From the IMG/VR virus record IMGVR_UViG_3300012667_000752, positions 1 to 29,924 of that record: a DNA stretch of 29,924 bases; one strand, 5' to 3'. A program made the translations under genes and the position numbers. This document shows, one piece after another, positions 25,688 to 29,924 of this stretch. Position 1 is the stretch's first letter. The number at the start of each line of letters is the position of its first letter. The notes under the pieces were generated by a model. The model was not told the origin of the DNA. It ran no database searches and saw only the letters and a list, made by a program, of their open reading frames with translations. The stretch is from a virus (taxonomy: Duplodnaviria > Caudoviricetes).

Positions 25688-26170
25688 ATGGCTCTTACCA
25701 CCGTTATGCCGACTTCAGCCAAGCTGGCTTTCCTGCGCGGCGAGCACGCTGCAGGCGACGCCTACAAGATGTCTTTGATCAAGGTCGGCCACACCGGCAC
25801 CTATGACAAGCTCTTCCAGGCGGCAGGCACCCCAAACAACAGCACGGGCGGAACGCCCTCTGTGACCAACATCGGCACCGATGAGGTGGCTGCTTCCGGC
25901 TCCTACGCCGCTGGCGGCATTGCGATGTCTGGTTACACAACTGGTTCTGACACCACGACCAACACCGCTTGGATCGACTGGACCACAGACCCGGCGGCCA
26001 CCACGGCCACCATCAGCGCGGTCGGCGCGATCATCTACAACGACACCGACGCCGGCAAGCCCGTCGTGTCCCTGCATGACTTCGCAGGCACCGTGTCTTC
26101 TACGGCCGGCACGTTCACCGTAACCCTGCCTGCTGCCGCTGCTGCAACTGCCGTCGTCCGCCTGGCGTAA
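25688..26170 (+). CDS. Beta-rich virion structural protein
   Basis: TAAGGAG RBS, ATG 25688; TSAK..LRGEH...YKMSL...EV..SGSYAAGG...GAIIYN...DF.G..SSTAGTFTVTLP, a recurrent phage structural protein pattern; exact role unknown. Confidence 0.75.
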   Translation: MALTTVMPTSAKLAFLRGEHAAGDAYKMSLIKVGHTGTYDKLFQAAGTPNNSTGGTPSVTNIGTDEVAASGSYAAGGIAMSGYTTGSDTTTNTAWIDWTTDPAATTATISAVGAIIYNDTDAGKPVVSLHDFAGTVSSTAGTFTVTLPAAAAATAVVRLA

Positions 26171-26190
26171 TCCGTTACCGGGTAACGCCA

Positions 26191-26400
26191 ATGACGCTGG
26201 ACGACCTGACCCCACTCACGCTTGAGGTGGCCCGCGTCACCTATGAAGCCATGTCTGCCCCAGATGGGGTTGCGCTCTGGCGCGGCCCTATTCAGGGCGG
26301 CGAGTGGAAGATCGCGGTCAACTATGACGCTGATGCAGAGACATTTCATATCCGCGTGATACGGCGCGACCTTGGGGCAATAAATGGCGCAGCGAATTAA
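26191..26400 (+). CDS. Small hypothetical protein
   Basis: 69 aa filling the gap between neighbouring genes, overlapping the next start. Confidence 0.55.
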   Translation: MTLDDLTPLTLEVARVTYEAMSAPDGVALWRGPIQGGEWKIAVNYDADAETFHIRVIRRDLGAINGAAN

Positions 26401-28327
26401 AACGACCGAGTGGGGATTCCCGTTAGCTGCTGCGTCTGTTGCGAGCACCGTGGCGCGTACCTTCACGGCGATCACGGTTTACGCGCCGGAAACCACCAGC
26501 CGCACCATTCGCTCCGCGCATCTTGAGTTTTTCCTGCAAGACAACAGCACTGCGGCGGCGAATACCACCGCTCTGAATATGTCGGTGCAGATTGATGCTA
26601 TTGGCGCATCGGCAGCTACGGTCACACACACCTTCGCACAGTCCGGTGAGAACTACACCATGCTGGCGACCAAGGACGTGACGAGCTATTTCGTCACCAA
26701 CTTCACCGGGGCAAGCCACTCGGTAACTGCGGCCATCACGGTCACTGGTGCGGCCACCATCAATGCCTGCTGCAAACTGGTGCTGACCTATGAGTACGAT
26801 GATGCCGCGCAAGACACGCGTATCAAGACGGTCAGAATCCCCATTGACGGCAACAACGGAAACCTGACAACCGCCTACGTCAATCTAGGCAGTCTTGCAA
26901 GCCAGATTCCCAACCTCGACACCTTCCTGCCGGAAGCGTCGAAGGTGTATCGCAACATCTTCATGCAGTGGGATACGCATGACGGGCACACGGCGGCTGG
27001 TGCATCCACGCTGGACATCAGCTACGACGGCGGCACAACCACCGTAAGCAATGTGGCGCAGACGCAAACCGACCTTAACTCGGACGTTTATGTGCGCCGC
27101 ATCGACAACCTCACTGCCACGCTTAACACAGCGGCGTCTGCCAACTTGCAGGCTAAATGCACCACGGTAACTGCCACCCCGTACCCGTGCCTGAACGGGG
27201 TGCTGTATGTCACCTATGAGTACGACCACAGCACCAGCACTCGGGTGATGAACAGCATCATTATTGGTGCGGCAGACGACCCAGGTTGGGCAGGCGGTAC
27301 GACCACTGGTGACAAGAGCCGCTTTACCCGCACCGTCAGCATCCAAGAGCCTGGCACCATCACATTGGAACAATCTGCCGTGCAGATATGGATGGCCGAT
27401 GCCGGAGCCATTACGATGGATTTGCGCGTTGGTTCGCAGGCCAGCCGTGTCTATACGCAGCCCACCTCGGCACACTGCGGCGGCATGAGCGTGATGCGAC
27501 GAATTGACTCAGGCGCGACAGGTGGCGCGGGCATCACTTTAGCGCGAGGCATGGATAACACGCTCACGGTTGATTGGTTCAGCACCAGCGCCACGGCGAA
27601 CAACATTGGCAGCAACATCACAGGCATTTGCTACCTTAACTACACCAGCGACATCCACGCAGACGGTGACGGCGTTCACAACCACACGACCAAGTGGTGC
27701 ATCCAGCCACACGCTACAGGAAACTTGGTGCAGCGTTTGCAGCGGGTTCCGACTATTACGCCAAACATTCCAGAGGCTGAATACTGGCTAAGTGGTCTTG
27801 TTTACGAAACCATCTTCGGCCTATTCAACTCGACGCCTTTGAACGTAGGGCTGTCCGTATTGTGCGAAGAACAGGCGGGAGAGGGTGAAGGCGCTGGCTG
27901 GGTGAACCTCTACATGGGTTTCCTGACATCTGACGCCGAGAGCGGCACATTCTTGATCTACGGTCGTGCGCGTGATGACTTCAAACGCTGGCCTGCTGAT
28001 TCGGACACTGGTCGCATTAACATCGAAACGGCGCGTGATTATCGGTTCGACTGTTCTGCAACCGGCATGGCGATGTGGCAGCTTATCGGGTTTGTCACGC
28101 ATCACGCCATCACCTATCAGATCGCTGGAACGGTCACTGGAAGTGCTGGCGGCACGGTCACGATTGATGCCCACCGAGAATCTGACGGCATGATGCTTGG
28201 TGCCGCCAGCAGAACCGGCAACGGCGCGTATTCGATCACTTGGTACGACAATGTGGGCACCGTGTACGCTGAAGCCTACGAGGACGGCACCCACATCGGA
28301 AGGTCGGCCAACGGAACGGCGGTGTAA
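26384..28327 (+). CDS. Putative tail/receptor-binding or surface protein with tandem ~142-aa beta domains
   Basis: 647 aa, Thr/Ala/Gly/Ser-rich, lower GC than the flanks; TYEYD at aa 135 and 277, NYTSD at aa 419. Confidence 0.7.
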   Translation: MAQRIKTTEWGFPLAAASVASTVARTFTAITVYAPETTSRTIRSAHLEFFLQDNSTAAANTTALNMSVQIDAIGASAATVTHTFAQSGENYTMLATKDVTSYFVTNFTGASHSVTAAITVTGAATINACCKLVLTYEYDDAAQDTRIKTVRIPIDGNNGNLTTAYVNLGSLASQIPNLDTFLPEASKVYRNIFMQWDTHDGHTAAGASTLDISYDGGTTTVSNVAQTQTDLNSDVYVRRIDNLTATLNTAASANLQAKCTTVTATPYPCLNGVLYVTYEYDHSTSTRVMNSIIIGAADDPGWAGGTTTGDKSRFTRTVSIQEPGTITLEQSAVQIWMADAGAITMDLRVGSQASRVYTQPTSAHCGGMSVMRRIDSGATGGAGITLARGMDNTLTVDWFSTSATANNIGSNITGICYLNYTSDIHADGDGVHNHTTKWCIQPHATGNLVQRLQRVPTITPNIPEAEYWLSGLVYETIFGLFNSTPLNVGLSVLCEEQAGEGEGAGWVNLYMGFLTSDAESGTFLIYGRARDDFKRWPADSDTGRINIETARDYRFDCSATGMAMWQLIGFVTHHAITYQIAGTVTGSAGGTVTIDAHRESDGMMLGAASRTGNGAYSITWYDNVGTVYAEAYEDGTHIGRSANGTAV

Positions 28328-28329
28328 AC

Positions 28330-29517
28330 GTGGCGTTTGACATATCGCTACGCGACAACGGCAGCGGGTCGTTTGACATATCGCTGTCTGCCGGTGGTGG
28401 CGGGTCAAACGGAACGGCGACCATTGTCGGCGTATCGGCAACCGCAGCGGTCGGGACCGTAACGCGGTCTGGTTCAGCCACCAAGGATCTCACCGGCGTA
28501 TCCGCAACGGCGGCGGTAGGCACCGTCAGCGCTTCTGGGTCGTCGGTAGTAAACGCCACGGCGACGCCTTCGGGCGTATCCGCTACGGCGGCGGTAGGCA
28601 CGACCACGCAATCCGGTACAGCCACCAAGGCCATCACCGGTGTATCAGCTACGGCGGCGGTCAACACAACAACCAATACCGGTACAGCCACAACCAGCCC
28701 GGCAGGCGTATCGGCAACCGCAGCGGCTGGCACGGTAACAGCCTCGGGCGCTTCCGTAGTCAACGGCACGGCCACCCCGGCTGGTGTCAGCGCGTCCGGC
28801 CAGGTCGGCACAACGTCCCAAAGTGGTACAGCCACAACCAACCCGGCAGGCGTAGCAGCCACCGCCGCTGTCGGTACGACCACGCAGGCAGCCGCAGGCA
28901 ACGTCACGCTCACGGGCGTGGCCGCCACAGCGGCCGTCGGCACGGCGACGGCCAGCGGCACAGGCAGCCCCGACGCAACGGTCAACCTGGTAGGTGTAGA
29001 CGCCACCGCTGCCGTCGGCACGGTGACCGCAGCAGGCACCGCCAACGCGACGGTAGCTATCACTGGTGTATCCGCCTCGGGTCAGGCAGGCGACGTGAGC
29101 GCTGCGGGCGTGACCGTAGTCAACGCAAGCACCTCGATCTCGGGCGTGTCGGCGTCGGCCGAGGTTGGCAGCACCAGCAATTCAGGCGATGCAGCCGTTG
29201 GGGTCCTTGGCGCCACAGCCCAGGCGTATATCGGTGCGCTAACGACCACCAGCACAGCGACCATTGCAATCAGTGGCGTGGCTGGCTTCGCGTCGGTTGG
29301 CGATCTGTTTGCGCATGAGGTTGTGCCCAGCACCACGCTGGACATCATCCTGAAAATCCTGTCCAACAAGCAGGCCCTGGACCCGACCACTGGCAAGTTC
29401 ACGATCTGGGACAACGACGGGGTCACCGTGCTCTACCAGGCTGATGCCTGGGAGGACGCAGCAGGGACCATTCCTTATCGCGGCAGAGGACTTGGGCGCA
29501 TTGACGCCTTGGCGTAA
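28330..29517 (+). CDS. Fibre-like protein with 13 GVSATAAVGT repeats
   Basis: GTG start; 22/24/26-aa repeats beginning GV(S/A)ATAAVGT; C-terminal ILKILSNK...FTIWDNDGVTVL module. Confidence 0.75.
   Translation: MAFDISLRDNGSGSFDISLSAGGGGSNGTATIVGVSATAAVGTVTRSGSATKDLTGVSATAAVGTVSASGSSVVNATATPSGVSATAAVGTTTQSGTATKAITGVSATAAVNTTTNTGTATTSPAGVSATAAAGTVTASGASVVNGTATPAGVSASGQVGTTSQSGTATTNPAGVAATAAVGTTTQAAAGNVTLTGVAATAAVGTATASGTGSPDATVNLVGVDATAAVGTVTAAGTANATVAITGVSASGQAGDVSAAGVTVVNASTSISGVSASAEVGSTSNSGDAAVGVLGATAQAYIGALTTTSTATIAISGVAGFASVGDLFAHEVVPSTTLDIILKILSNKQALDPTTGKFTIWDNDGVTVLYQADAWEDAAGTIPYRGRGLGRIDALA
28429..29310 (+). repeat. Coding repeat array (GVSATAAVGT...), 66-78-bp units
   Basis: GGCGTATC(C/G)GC(A/T)AC... 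recurs; unit lengths 22,26,22,22,26,22,22,26,24,26,22,22 aa. Confidence 0.85.
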
Positions 29518-29825
29518 TGGCGACGCCCGAACAAATCCTTGCAGTGCTCACCGGCAAGAAGGTATTCGCCGGCGGGTCCTGGCGCGTGTATGCGGCCGAT
29601 GGCACTGAGCTGGCAGACCCGGGCGGGGTGCTATGGCGCGGCGTGCATGGCGCGATCCTGTGGGCCGCCCTGGCGCTCACAGGCACACCCGTTGACCAGC
29701 TACCCGTAGAGCCCCCGCGCTACTACAGCGCCGCGCTCGACATGGTGCAGGCCCTGCGCCGGCAGCAGCTTGAAGAGGATGAGGTCATCCTGGCCGTCAT
29801 CCAGCAATTCGTTTTGGAGACTTGA
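29517..29825 (+). CDS. Hypothetical protein
   Basis: TAATG coupling to the upstream gene; C-terminal RRQQLEEDEVILAVIQQFV helix. Confidence 0.7.
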   Translation: MATPEQILAVLTGKKVFAGGSWRVYAADGTELADPGGVLWRGVHGAILWAALALTGTPVDQLPVEPPRYYSAALDMVQALRRQQLEEDEVILAVIQQFVLET

Positions 29826-29826
29826 T

Positions 29827-29924
29827 ATGCCAGTACTAGGATGTGGGGCCGAGATGGCCAAGCTGATGGATGTGTCGGACAGCGACGTGGCCGTGATGGA
29901 GGACACCATCGCGGAGCGCCTGGC
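29827..29924 (+). CDS. Start of a further gene (3' truncated)
   Basis: GGAG RBS then ATG 29827: MPVLGCGAEMAKLMDVSDSDVAVMEDTIAERL..., open to the window end. Confidence 0.65.
   Translation, partial: MPVLGCGAEMAKLMDVSDSDVAVMEDTIAERL

Larger units (their letters stand above)
1..29924 (+). mobile_element. Tailed bacteriophage (podovirus-like) genome segment
   Basis: terS/terL/portal, primase-helicase, VRR-NUC/SNF2, ejection-type genes, no host housekeeping genes, single coding strand. Confidence 0.95.

Overview
A contiguous 30-kb segment of a GC-rich tailed phage genome, most like a podovirus. All credible genes lie on the + strand and are tightly packed, often with overlapping stop/start codons. 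1-7193 is a replication and accessory block: a 5'-truncated Dda/RecD-like SF1 helicase, a Prim-Pol/PriCT-2/SF3-helicase primase followed by an AT-rich iterated putative origin, VRR-NUC, an SNF2-like helicase, a DUF5664-type dNTP diphosphohydrolase-like protein and small hypotheticals. 7195-13015 is the packaging block: terS, a 670-bp non-coding spacer (dif/XerCD-like site, perfect IHF consensus, G-quadruplex tract, GC-rich degenerate repeat), terL, an HNH endonuclease and the portal. No scaffold or major capsid gene is recognisable after the portal. 13015-25078 holds probable internal/ejection proteins, including a 700-aa protein with 45 uninterrupted 11-residue repeats and a 2000-aa polyvalent protein with HExxH peptidase-like, HhH-glycosylase-like and ADP-ribosyltransferase-like domains. 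25075-29924 holds beta-rich structural/fibre genes. The most striking unexplained signal is three small +1-frame ORFs nested inside the 2000-aa gene. Two have perfect GGAGG ribosome-binding sites, and over much of their length the phage-typical codon usage moves from the host frame to the nested frame. All family assignments come from motif recognition by eye; no database search was run.
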